DNA of 64,000 nt from Chloroflexota bacterium (GCA_009840135.1 VXOH01000159.1:2095-66094), one strand, 5' to 3'. Positions 32,156 through 41,445 are shown, counted from the stretch's first letter. The notes: generated by a model from the sequence alone, not told the origin. Program-made: numbers and translations.

Positions 32156-34954
32156 TTGAACAGCAACCTGGATAGTGCGGCTTTGACCGACGGCTTTGGC
32201 GGCTTTGAACAGTCCCTGCACCTGCTGGAATTCGACCAGATAAGGCACAGGCTGGCCGGCTTTGCCCGCACCCAGCTGGGCAAGGACCTGGCCCAGACCC
32301 TGGAGCCGGTCGCCGATGCCCTGGAAATCGGTTCGCGCCTCCAGGAAACTGACGAGGCCCGTTTCTTCCTGGACTCCGGCGGCAGTCTGGAGTTCGGGCC
32401 CGGCGCCGACCTGCGCGAGTACGTCCACCGCGCCATGCTGGGCGGCTCACTGCGGGGCGAAGAGCTGCACGAAATTCGCCTGTTGGCCGGGGCTGCCAGC
32501 TTCAGCCGGGACGCTCTCCACCGCCGGGAGGACCTGCCCCTGCTGTCCGGCATAGCCTCCAACATCCCCAACCTGTCGGGCCTGGAGCAGGCCATTGCCC
32601 GGGCCATCAGCCCCGCCGGAGAGATCCTGGACGACGCCAGTCCCGACCTGCGCCAGTTGCGCCGCGACTCCAGGTCAGCCTATCAGCAACTTAACGAGGT
32701 GATGCAGCGCAGCCTCCGCCGCTACCAGCGGCGCGCCGTCGTCCAGGAACCTATAATCACCCAGCGCAATGGGCGGCTGGTGCTTCTGATTAAGGCCGAG
32801 CACAAGTCCCAGACACCGGGCATCGTCCACGACGTCTCCGACAGCGGGGCCACCGTCTTCATTGAGCCCCTGCCTGCCATTGAGACGGGCAACCGCTGGC
32901 GCGAGACCCGCCTGGCCGAGGAACGGGAAGAGGAGCGGGTGCTCCGGACCCTGGCCTCCCAGGTAGGGGAGGCCGGCGACGACCTGCAGCTGGCCCTGGA
33001 CTTGCTGGCCCGGCTGGACCTGGCCATGGCCAAGGGCCGTTACTCCGCCGACCGGCGGGCGGTGGCGCCCTCCGTAAAGGCCGTAGCAACATCCTTCGAC
33101 AAGCCCCGGCCCGGGGAGAGTCGAGGCACAAGACACATCAGGGGTGATGAGGAAAATAGCCCTCCACCTTCCCCTTCTCCGTCCGCTTCCGCCTCTGCCC
33201 CCGCTCCCGCTTCTCCCCCCGCTCGTGGTGAGCCCGTCGAACCACGCCTCCGCATCGTCGGGGCCCGCCATCCCCTGCTCACCGACCGGGTGGTGCCCAT
33301 CAGCCTGGACCTGGGCGGTGGCAACCGGGTGATGGTAATTACCGGCCCCAATGCCGGTGGCAAGACGGTAGCCCTCAAGACCGTCGGCCTGCTGGCCCTC
33401 ATGGCTCATGCCGGCCTGCACGTGCCCGCCGAAGCCGCTGATTTTCCACTGCTGGACGGTATTTTTGCCGATATCGGCGACCAACAGAGCATTGAGCAGT
33501 CGTTGTCTACCTTCAGTTCTCATATCCAGAATTTGCGGTCCATTCTGGACCGGGTTACCTCGGACTCCCTGGTATTGATTGACGAGCTGGGAACCAGCAC
33601 CGACCCCGAGGAGGGAGCCGCCCTGGCCCAGGCCATCCTGGGGCGCCTGCGCTCCCTGGATGTGATGACCATCGCCACCACCCACCACCGGGGCGTGGCC
33701 CGCTACGTGCAGGAACAGTCCGGCATGGTAAATGCCAGCGTTGACCTGGACCCGACCACCCTGGAGCCCACCTACCGGATTACCCTGGGCCTGCCGGGTC
33801 GCAGCTATGCCCTTACCATCGCCGACCGCCTGGGCCTGGATGCGGAAATCCTGGATGAGGCCCGCTCCCTTATCGCGCCCTCCCAGCGGGCCACCGACGA
33901 TCTCGTACAGGAGTTGCAGGAAGAACGGGCGGTGGTGGCCCGTCTGAGGCAGGAATCCGAGGATCTGTTGTCCCGCGCCCGCGTCCAGCAGGCCGAGACC
34001 GAGGCCAGGCTGGCCACCGTGGAGGCCTCCCGCCTGGAGCTGGTGGAAGAAGCCCGACAGGACTTGCAGAAACGCATCGGCGGGCTGCTGACCCAGCTGC
34101 AGCAGGCCGAGCGCGCCGCCGAACATGCCGAGGCGGAGCAGGCGGCCCGCCGATTGATGCGCCCGTCCCCTGGCGCTCCTGCCCGTGACCCTGCCCGTGA
34201 CCCTGGGAGAGATTCGGGCAGCAGTTCCAACCGGGGCTTGGGCAGAAACCCCGGCAATACTCCCGGAGCAGAGCGTTTTCGCGCCTACCAGGAGGATTTG
34301 GCCCAGTTCCAGAAAGAATTGAGCTCCACCCAGTGGGAACCGATAGAGGTGGAACGCCCCCCCTGGCAGCAGGAGTTAAGTAGCGGGGATCGCGTATACA
34401 TCAGGGGCATCCCCCGTCCCGTGGAGGTGATCTCGCCCCAGGACGAGGATGAGCATATCGAGGTGCTGCTGGGTACCATGCGGGCCCGGATTCCCGTTTA
34501 TCAGCTGGAACGCCCCGCCGACTCCGGCCTGCCCCAGGAGTCCGGACAGACTCAGGGAGCCGGACAGCCTGTGGGCACGGCGGGCCAGCGACCCGGGACC
34601 GAATCCCTTGAATCATTGCCGCCTGCGGGAGGATTGGACCCCAATTCTCCCGGGGTGCGGTTCCGTCACAACCGCGACGCCGGAGTCTATTACCGCCGTC
34701 CCTCCCTGCGGCAGGTCAAGACCGACCTGGACCTGCGGGGTAATCGGGTGGACGAGGCCCTGGACAAGGTGGAAACTCTCCTCAACGAAGCTGCCCTCAG
34801 CGGCGTGCCTGAAGTACGCATTATCCACGGCCAGGGCACCGGCGCCCTGCGGCGTGCCGTACGGGAGTTCCTCCGCGGCCACCCCCTGACCTCATCATCG
34901 GGCCCCGATCACGAGACCTCCAACGACGGGGTCACCATAGTCGAGCTGAAATAA
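32156..34954 (+). CDS. mutS2: endonuclease MutS2 (MutS domains, ABC ATPase, KOW-like region, C-terminal Smr)
   Basis: LLEFDQIRHRL start, ARHPLL, Walker A ITGPNAGGKT, LIDELGTSTDP, Smr block LDLRGNRVDEAL...IIHGQGTGALR. Two low-complexity inserts. Confidence 0.9.
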   Translation: MNSNLDSAALTDGFGGFEQSLHLLEFDQIRHRLAGFARTQLGKDLAQTLEPVADALEIGSRLQETDEARFFLDSGGSLEFGPGADLREYVHRAMLGGSLRGEELHEIRLLAGAASFSRDALHRREDLPLLSGIASNIPNLSGLEQAIARAISPAGEILDDASPDLRQLRRDSRSAYQQLNEVMQRSLRRYQRRAVVQEPIITQRNGRLVLLIKAEHKSQTPGIVHDVSDSGATVFIEPLPAIETGNRWRETRLAEEREEERVLRTLASQVGEAGDDLQLALDLLARLDLAMAKGRYSADRRAVAPSVKAVATSFDKPRPGESRGTRHIRGDEENSPPPSPSPSASASAPAPASPPARGEPVEPRLRIVGARHPLLTDRVVPISLDLGGGNRVMVITGPNAGGKTVALKTVGLLALMAHAGLHVPAEAADFPLLDGIFADIGDQQSIEQSLSTFSSHIQNLRSILDRVTSDSLVLIDELGTSTDPEEGAALAQAILGRLRSLDVMTIATTHHRGVARYVQEQSGMVNASVDLDPTTLEPTYRITLGLPGRSYALTIADRLGLDAEILDEARSLIAPSQRATDDLVQELQEERAVVARLRQESEDLLSRARVQQAETEARLATVEASRLELVEEARQDLQKRIGGLLTQLQQAERAAEHAEAEQAARRLMRPSPGAPARDPARDPGRDSGSSSNRGLGRNPGNTPGAERFRAYQEDLAQFQKELSSTQWEPIEVERPPWQQELSSGDRVYIRGIPRPVEVISPQDEDEHIEVLLGTMRARIPVYQLERPADSGLPQESGQTQGAGQPVGTAGQRPGTESLESLPPAGGLDPNSPGVRFRHNRDAGVYYRRPSLRQVKTDLDLRGNRVDEALDKVETLLNEAALSGVPEVRIIHGQGTGALRRAVREFLRGHPLTSSSGPDHETSNDGVTIVELK

Positions 34955-34991
34955 CGAAACGGAACACTGCAAGTAAGGTGGTGGAAGCAAA

Positions 34992-35783
34992 TTGGCAGAA
35001 GAACCTTTGACCCCGTTGCAGCGACGCCAGAGGGCGCTGGTCAGGTTGGAAGAAGGTAGGCAGGCCCTGCGAAAATCCCTGGAAGACCTGGACGCCGAGG
35101 ATGCTTTTCTCGGGTCTCGCTGGTCGGTGTGGGAGGTGCTGAAGCACCTGGACGCCGAGAGTTTCGTCGAGGCCCTGGAGAAGATTGCCGTCGGCGAGAT
35201 GGAGATGCTTCCTCCCTTCACCAGCCGCGAAGACAGGTTGCGCCAGGACATTGAGCACCTGGAGACGACTTATGACCGGATGCGGAACGTCATCGCCGGC
35301 CTCACCGAGGAACAACTGCTCCAGCCCGTTACTCCTCCCAATCCCGTCAACTCCTTCCCCGGCCTGTCCATGCTGGAACTGGTGGAACGGTCCTCCGGAC
35401 ACGCCGCCTCTCACGCCCGGCAAATCGAGCTTACCCGCAAGTACGTGGCCGAGTTTAACGCCAGGGAGAAGTCCGTCACCGTAATTGCCCTGGGCGATGG
35501 CGCCCAGGATTCGGTGCCCATGCGGGCCAGAGAGCTAATTGCCTTTGCCGACTTTACGGCCGGAGACGCCGCCGCCCTGGACCTGGTGCGTCCCTGGATT
35601 CGGGGCCTGGAGGCGGAAATCCGGGCGGACAATACCGAGGAAGTGGTATCCCGCATGGCCCGCGAGGCCCGCGCCGGTCTCTGGACCGTTATCTGCGTTC
35701 GGGGAAACAACCCCGAAGGAGATTGTCCTGAGTTGATGAACCTGGCTCGGCGGTACTGCGACAAGGTGGTGGTTCTGCGCTGA
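34992..35783 (+). CDS. DinB-like domain protein with uncharacterised C-terminal domain
   Basis: WSVWEVLKHL...ELVERSSGHAASHARQI has four-helix DinB-type His spacing. The C-half is unassigned. Confidence 0.4.
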   Translation: MAEEPLTPLQRRQRALVRLEEGRQALRKSLEDLDAEDAFLGSRWSVWEVLKHLDAESFVEALEKIAVGEMEMLPPFTSREDRLRQDIEHLETTYDRMRNVIAGLTEEQLLQPVTPPNPVNSFPGLSMLELVERSSGHAASHARQIELTRKYVAEFNAREKSVTVIALGDGAQDSVPMRARELIAFADFTAGDAAALDLVRPWIRGLEAEIRADNTEEVVSRMAREARAGLWTVICVRGNNPEGDCPELMNLARRYCDKVVVLR

Positions 35784-35962
35784 AGGCTGTTACCGAATTC
35801 CCCCCAAAGGCCCTTCCCCTGTCGCGGGGATGGTCAGGGTGTTGGTGAACGGGATGCAGGCGATTCGTTTAAGCGCAACTTGCCTGTTTTGAACCAGTAT
35901 CCGGCTGCCATCGTCCCCCGCGCCGATACAGGGCCTTTTCAAAGTTGGGAAAAGCGGATTTG

Positions 35963-36034
35963 CCCGCTCATCCTGAGCCTGTCGAAGGATGCCACCGAAC
36001 CGGGAGATGGTTCGACAAGCTCACCATGAGCGGG
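35963..36034. repeat. gene-less hairpin (MITE-like) derivative of the GIY-YIG-cassette inverted repeat
   Basis: CCCGCTCATCCTGAGCCTGTCGAAGG (35963-35988) faces GGTTCGACAAGCTCACCATGAGCGGG (36009-36034). Confidence 0.75.
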
Positions 36035-36127
36035 TGACAGTTGACTTTGGAAAGACTCCCGCCCCGCCAGGGCCGCCATTGATACCCGACGGTCAGGAAT
36101 GTTATTCTTGGGAAACTGGGAACGGCG

Positions 36128-37684
36128 GTGTTGGCGGCGTATTCTCTTGGACAGTTCGCAAATAAATTGGCAAGGTTATCATCCTGGCTGACGCTCTTAA
36201 TGGCGGCGGGGGTATTTGCGGCCCTGTCAGCCCTGGCAGGCTGCGGCGGGTTACCGTCTCTCAATCCCTCCCCTACCGTCACCTCCGATACTCCGGCTGC
36301 TGACATTTCCCGTGACCCCGCTGCAAAAGCAGAACAACCCGACTCGTCCACAGGAGCGGCATTCAACGTGAATGACGTCAGCGTTGATCGCATCGCATAC
36401 ATCGGTCCCTACGGTGACCTGTTCACCATCAATCCGGACGGCAGCGACCGGCGGCGGCTTACGGGAATCAGTAGAGTCCGCTCCGATTCGCCGGAGCCAG
36501 GCGTGCCGTCCGAACCCTCCGAACCCTCCGAACCCTCTGATCCGTCCCGCTCCGGCGACACGGCCGCCTTCTATACAGTCCAGGACCTGGATTTCAGCGA
36601 GACCCATGCCTGGCCTACCTGGTCGCCCGACGGCTCCCAAATTGCGGTATCGCGGGTGCAACTGACCCCCAATCGTGCGCTCGAGGTGTCGGTGCAGGTC
36701 GTGGACGCGGCCACCGGGGTCAGCAGGGTCGTTTACCAGAACGACGTGCCCGCCCTGGTAGCCGACGGCGCTCCCCACTACCTCTATTGGTCCCCCGATG
36801 GGGAGTATCTCTCCTTCCTGGCCACCACGCGCCAGGGACTAACCCTGTTTGCGGTAAACCCCAATAGTGGCGACGGCGCCGTAGCCCTGGAACGGGGCGC
36901 GCCCCTTTATTTCAGCTGGGGCGGCGACGGGCAATCGCTTATAGTCCATTCCAGGGAAGAGGTAAAGTTGCTGGACAGGCCCCTGCTTCCCGAAAGAGCG
37001 GTCCTGCTGGCCAACGCCGCCGGATTTCGCACCCCCGCCCTGTCTCCCGATGGCCAACGCTGGGCCTATTCTTCCGGCGATGCCTCGGCCAGCGTCGTCA
37101 GCATAGGCGACAGGACTGCCCCGGCCTCGCCCAGAAACCTGCTGGATACCGGCCCTTTGGTGGCGTTCATGTGGTCGCCCGATGGTGGCATGCTGGCCGT
37201 GGCCGACAACACGGACCCCCAGGGACGGATTTTCCAGCGCCTACGGGTGGTGGCAACCGACGGCGCCGGGGTGCGGACCCTGGTGGAGGAACCGTTGCTC
37301 GCCTTTTATTGGGCCCCCGGCGGCGAGCGCCTGGCCTGGGTGGGTGTTGACGCGGATGAGCAGGTTTTTGAGTGGAAAGTAACTCCGGTTATTCGGGAAG
37401 GTCAGGGTACCGGTTCTGAGGGCGCGTCCCGGGAGATTTTCCGGTTCAGGCCCAGCGGCGAAGTATTTACCATGCTCAGCTTCTTCGACCAGTACGCCTA
37501 CTCCCACTCCCCCTGGTCTCCCGATGGTACCCGCCTGGTGGTGGCCGGCTCTCAGGGTCCGGTGGCCGAACGGCGCAACGGCCATACACCCACGGGAGCC
37601 CGTATCTACGTGCTGGACGCCGTTGGGGACGCCGAGCCAACGGAGATCGCCCAGGGCAACGTGGCTTTCTGGTCGTGGAATTAG
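36128..37684 (+). CDS. TolB-like/PD40 beta-propeller lipoprotein
   Basis: Lipobox LAGC|GG. Repeated WSPDG blades (WPTWSPDGSQIA, LYWSPDGEYLSF, MWSPDGGMLAV, SPWSPDGTRLVV). Confidence 0.75.
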   Translation: MLAAYSLGQFANKLARLSSWLTLLMAAGVFAALSALAGCGGLPSLNPSPTVTSDTPAADISRDPAAKAEQPDSSTGAAFNVNDVSVDRIAYIGPYGDLFTINPDGSDRRRLTGISRVRSDSPEPGVPSEPSEPSEPSDPSRSGDTAAFYTVQDLDFSETHAWPTWSPDGSQIAVSRVQLTPNRALEVSVQVVDAATGVSRVVYQNDVPALVADGAPHYLYWSPDGEYLSFLATTRQGLTLFAVNPNSGDGAVALERGAPLYFSWGGDGQSLIVHSREEVKLLDRPLLPERAVLLANAAGFRTPALSPDGQRWAYSSGDASASVVSIGDRTAPASPRNLLDTGPLVAFMWSPDGGMLAVADNTDPQGRIFQRLRVVATDGAGVRTLVEEPLLAFYWAPGGERLAWVGVDADEQVFEWKVTPVIREGQGTGSEGASREIFRFRPSGEVFTMLSFFDQYAYSHSPWSPDGTRLVVAGSQGPVAERRNGHTPTGARIYVLDAVGDAEPTEIAQGNVAFWSWN

Positions 37685-37863
37685 GGATCGCCCGCTCGGC
37701 TCAGGCGGGTTGCTTCCAGTGCTCCTGTTTCTGACACCCCAATAGGGAAGGCCAGGGGTGCGGCGGTTTTCTGACGGGATGCAGTTCCGGCATTCTTCCC
37801 CAATTCCTCGCAGGAAGAACACGAAAGGTTGGTGGCCCAAATGCTTACTGGAAGTCTGAATAA

Positions 37864-37966
37864 ATCCCCTCTGCCCTGGCGGGAGAGGGTTAGGCTGAGA
37901 GGGAAATCGTCCCTGGCAACCTGTCGCCCCCACCCTAATCTTCCCCAGTCAAAGGGGAAGAGACTT
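37864..37966 (+). repeat. composite double-hairpin repeat (copy B)
   Basis: ATCCCCTCTGCCCTGGCGGGAGAGGGTTAGGCTGAGAGGG...CCCCCACCCTAATCTTCCCCAGTCAAAGGGGAAGAGACT. Confidence 0.8.
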
Positions 37967-38002
37967 GTTCAGAAGTTCCCTGGGCTTCGTTCCTGCCTGG
38001 GA

Positions 38003-38704
38003 ATGATGATGTTGTTGTCGGCCCTGGCTGTGTCCCTGTCCTTGTCGTCGGCATGCGGTTCCGCCGGGACTCCCACGCCCGAGCCCAGTTCTCTGCCCGA
38101 TCCGCAGATTTTGCTGGACGGGGCGGTGGAGCGCCTGCAGGCCCAGCAATACTTGAGCTTTGTTTTTGACCATCCCGTGGGCAACACCCCCCTGGCTCCG
38201 GGGGTGGCCCTGACCAGGGCCGAGGGAGTAGCCGAGCTGCCCGACCGGTACAAGGTGGAAGTGAACATGGAGTCCAGGGGCACGGCGTTGCGTCTGGGCA
38301 TTATCTCTACCGGGGAAGCTGCCTATGTCACCAATCCCATGAGCGGAGAGTACATGCCGGCGGCATCGGCTGAATCGGTCCCCTTCCAGTTCGAGTACGT
38401 AACGACCCTTGTCATCGCCATGGTGGGCGGCCTGACCGACCTGGAGCCGGTTACCGAGGCCGACCTGGACGGCAGCCAGGTCTATTTCATCCGGGGATCC
38501 ACTCCCACGGGAGCGCTGGGTCAGGTGATTCCCGGGGCCATGCCCGACGGCCAACTTCCGGTGGAAGCTTGGGTGAATCCCGATACCGGCCGGCTGATCC
38601 AGGCGCAAATGTCCGGAACGCTGGTCCCTGGCGAGGCGGAGGACACGGTAAGGTTGCTTCGCCTGGAGTACCTGGCTGAACCGCCGGATATTTCCGCGCC
38701 CTAG
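38003..38704 (+). CDS. LppX/LprAFG (LprG-like) or LolA-like lipoprotein
   Basis: Signal plus lipobox MMMLLSALAVSLSLSSAC|GS. Size and beta-rich pattern fit this family. The track ORF start (37829) runs through repeat copy B and is rejected. Confidence 0.45.
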   Translation: MMMLLSALAVSLSLSSACGSAGTPTPEPSSLPDPQILLDGAVERLQAQQYLSFVFDHPVGNTPLAPGVALTRAEGVAELPDRYKVEVNMESRGTALRLGIISTGEAAYVTNPMSGEYMPAASAESVPFQFEYVTTLVIAMVGGLTDLEPVTEADLDGSQVYFIRGSTPTGALGQVIPGAMPDGQLPVEAWVNPDTGRLIQAQMSGTLVPGEAEDTVRLLRLEYLAEPPDISAP

Positions 38705-38706
38705 TA

Positions 38707-38836
38707 GGCCCTTCCGCCAGAGGCGGATTGTGACGGTGGGAACGGGAGTCCGTTCGTGGTGAGCTTGTCGAACCATGAATGGGCGGCCCTTCGACCCGCC
38801 AGAGGCGGACGTTCCGCAGGCTAAGGGTGAGCGGAA
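38707..38836. repeat. composite repeat related to the GIY-cassette IR family, with CCGCC-AGA-GGCGG hairpins
   Basis: GTGAGCTTGTCGAACC...CCTTCGAC...AGGCTAAGGGTGAGCGG. CCGCCAGAGGCGG occurs at 38714 and 38797. Confidence 0.6.
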
Positions 38837-39023
38837 CATAACCCATCATTTCAAAGTTGCCGGACTACTGGAAGCTGTTTCAAATTCCCTTCTCCGATAA
38901 TTTGGGAAGGTCAGGCCGGGGACGAAGTCCTGCCGAATTCCGCCTCCGCCGGCATCCGACGAGGCTGAAAGCCTCTTTGCGGCGGCTTTCCGTCGATTCG
39001 CCCACGGACGATAGCCAGGATTA

Positions 39024-40559
39024 GTGGTTAGACCGGACAACATATCCATGCCCGAGTCTCCCGCCAGGTCAACCTGGCTGGTGCTGGCCATTATTGGCTT
39101 GGGGGCCTTCTTCACCGCCCTGGACCAGACCGTCGTGGTGACGGTGCTGCCGGCGGTGATGCTGGACCTGCGCGTCCCCATCAGCGAGCTGGACAAATTG
39201 ACCTGGGTGGTTACGGCCTACCTGCTGGGCTACACCGCCTTCATGCCCCTCTTTGGCCGCCTGGCCGACGTTTACGGCTACCCCCGTCTCTACATCGTGG
39301 GCCTGGGCATTTTTGCCCTGGGCAGCATTCTTGTGGCTCTTTCCCGCACCGTGGAGGAGCTTATCGGCGCCCGGGTTATCCAGGCCATCGGCGGGTCGGC
39401 GGCGGTGCCCATCGGTTTTGCCCTGGCCGTCAGCGCCGTGCCGCCGGAACGCCAGGGGTTGGCCCTGGGCATCGTGGGAGGCGCCGCCGAGGCCGGTTCC
39501 ATGCTGGGGCCCGCCTACGGGGGCGCGATAGTGGAACTGGCCAACTGGCGTTGGCTCTTCTGGCTGAACATACCCCAGGTACTGATGATTGCCCCCCTGC
39601 TGCTGCTCCTGCCCAATCGCCGGCAGACGGGAGTGCGGGTGGACTATCTGGGCGGCGCGCTGGTTCTGGTGACCTTGCTGGCCCTGTCCCTGGGCCTGTC
39701 GCAGAAGGGACTGTTCAAGCTCGACACTGCCGTGCCCTTCGGCCTGCTGGGGGCGGGCGTCGTCCTGGCGGTGGGGCTCGCCTTCTGGGAACGCCGCGCC
39801 GAGCAGCCCTTGCTGCTGCCCCTGCTCTTTCGCACTCTGAACTTCGTCACTGCCAACCTTACCCAGGTACTGGTGGGTGTCTCCCTGGTAATCGCCCTGG
39901 TAACGGTGCCGTTGATGGCCAACACGGTGATGGGCAAAGACCCCTTCACCGGAGCCCTGTGGCTGCTGAGGATGACTTGCGCCATTCCCGTGGGCGCGGT
40001 GGCCGGGGGATTGCTGCTGTCCCGGGTGGGAAACCGGCCTGTTATCGCCGTCGGGCTGCTGCTGATCGCGCTGGGGTTGTTCCTGGTGAGCGGCTGGCCT
40101 CTGGATGTGGGCGAGCCCCAGTTGACCCTGCACCTGGTGGTGGCTGGGCTGGGCTTCGGCCTGGTGATTGCGCCCATCATGGCCCAGGCATTGAACGCCG
40201 CGCCCCGGGAGTACCACGCCACCGCCTCCTCCATGGTGGTCGTCTCCCGCCTGATGGGCATGACGCTGGGACTGGCGGCGCTGGCGGCCTACGGTATTGA
40301 ACAGTTCCAGACGCTTACCACGGGCTTGCTGCTGCCCCTGCCCATAGCCGGTGAGACTGCCGCCGAGACCTCCGCCAGGGTTGCCGCCTACGCAACTGAG
40401 TTGCAGAACGCCGGCCTGACCCTGTTCCAGAGGTTCTTCCGCATCGCGGCGGCGGTGGCCCTGCTCGCCCTGGCGCCCGTGGTCCTGAAGCGGGAATGGA
40501 TTTCAGGGATAATTTCTCGGAGAAACAGGCAAGCCCCTGAAGGGGAGGCAGGGGACTGA
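39024..40559 (+). CDS. MFS transporter, DHA2 (14-TMS, EmrB/P55-like)
   Basis: LGAFFTALDQTVVVTVLP start, about 14 hydrophobic segments, 511 aa. Start is GTG 39024 or ATG 39048. Confidence 0.8.
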   Translation: MVRPDNISMPESPARSTWLVLAIIGLGAFFTALDQTVVVTVLPAVMLDLRVPISELDKLTWVVTAYLLGYTAFMPLFGRLADVYGYPRLYIVGLGIFALGSILVALSRTVEELIGARVIQAIGGSAAVPIGFALAVSAVPPERQGLALGIVGGAAEAGSMLGPAYGGAIVELANWRWLFWLNIPQVLMIAPLLLLLPNRRQTGVRVDYLGGALVLVTLLALSLGLSQKGLFKLDTAVPFGLLGAGVVLAVGLAFWERRAEQPLLLPLLFRTLNFVTANLTQVLVGVSLVIALVTVPLMANTVMGKDPFTGALWLLRMTCAIPVGAVAGGLLLSRVGNRPVIAVGLLLIALGLFLVSGWPLDVGEPQLTLHLVVAGLGFGLVIAPIMAQALNAAPREYHATASSMVVVSRLMGMTLGLAALAAYGIEQFQTLTTGLLLPLPIAGETAAETSARVAAYATELQNAGLTLFQRFFRIAAAVALLALAPVVLKREWISGIISRRNRQAPEGEAGD

Positions 40560-40593
40560 ATAGCCTCGTTTCCTGCTGTTCTACTGCTTTGGA

Positions 40594-41445
40594 ATGGATG
40601 GCAGTAATCCTTGTCGTCATTCCGGCTCCCGGGGGCCGTCGTGGTACAATCCCCGCACCGATTTCCGACGCCATGCCCGTCAGGGCAAATACGCCGGACC
40701 GACGAACGCGATTAGTCCGCCGAACAATCAAGGTTCGCGGGAGATTCCGCCCGGTCCAAGGAGGCCCCTTACGAGTTCGCCTTTTCTCCAGTTTCCTCCC
40801 TTCCTGCCCGAGTATTTCGGGCGGGAGGATGAGAGCGACGACAGTAATTTCTATGTCCAGCCGCGCCTGGTGGTCCACATAGACGACGGCGCCATCGCCG
40901 CCGTGGGCAACGTATTCCGCAGCATGATTCCGCCGGATGCGGCGGTGCTGGACCTGATGAGCAGTTGGCGGTCCCACTGGCCAGCCGACCACCCCCGGGC
41001 CCGCCTGGCCGGCCTGGGCATGAACGCGGTGGAGATGCAGGAGAATCCGGACCTGGACGATTATCTTATCCAGGACATCAACAAGGACCCCGTCCTGCCC
41101 TACGAAGACGATACTTTTGACGCGGTGGTAATAACCGTGTCCGTACAATACCTGACCAGCCCCATAGAGGTGTTTCAGCAGGTCAACCGCATCCTGAAAC
41201 CCGGTGGAGTCTTCATAGTCACCTTCTCCAACCGTATGTTTCCCACCAAGGCGGTAAAAATCTGGAGGTACACCACCGACTGGCGGCACATTGATCTGGT
41301 GGCCGCCTACCTGGAGGAGGCCGGCGACTACGAGGAAATTCGGGGCGGCTTCGTCAATCCGGACGCCAGCCCCCCCGGCGACCCCCTGTTTGCCGTGGTT
41401 GCCAACAAGGCGTCCGGCAAGGCACCCAACCAGGCGTCCGGGTAG
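40594..41445 (+). CDS. class I SAM-dependent methyltransferase (start uncertain)
   Basis: VLDLMSSW, FDAVVITVSVQYL and LKPGGVFIV motifs. The conserved part seems to begin near PEYFGRED (about 40810), with no canonical start codon nearby. Confidence 0.65.
   Translation: MDGSNPCRHSGSRGPSWYNPRTDFRRHARQGKYAGPTNAISPPNNQGSREIPPGPRRPLTSSPFLQFPPFLPEYFGREDESDDSNFYVQPRLVVHIDDGAIAAVGNVFRSMIPPDAAVLDLMSSWRSHWPADHPRARLAGLGMNAVEMQENPDLDDYLIQDINKDPVLPYEDDTFDAVVITVSVQYLTSPIEVFQQVNRILKPGGVFIVTFSNRMFPTKAVKIWRYTTDWRHIDLVAAYLEEAGDYEEIRGGFVNPDASPPGDPLFAVVANKASGKAPNQASG

Noticed and set aside
32675-34126. 483-aa - strand ORF
   Set aside because: Antisense to mutS2, which shows conserved blocks over its full length.
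37829-38002. N-terminal extension of the lipoprotein ORF (SPLPWRERVRLRGKSS...)
   Set aside because: The extension is the translation of double-hairpin repeat copy B. The signal peptide and lipobox begin at the ATG cluster at 38003.
39069-40300. 382-aa - strand and 249-aa + strand alternative ORFs
   Set aside because: They overlap the MFS transporter frame, which alone gives regularly spaced hydrophobic helices.
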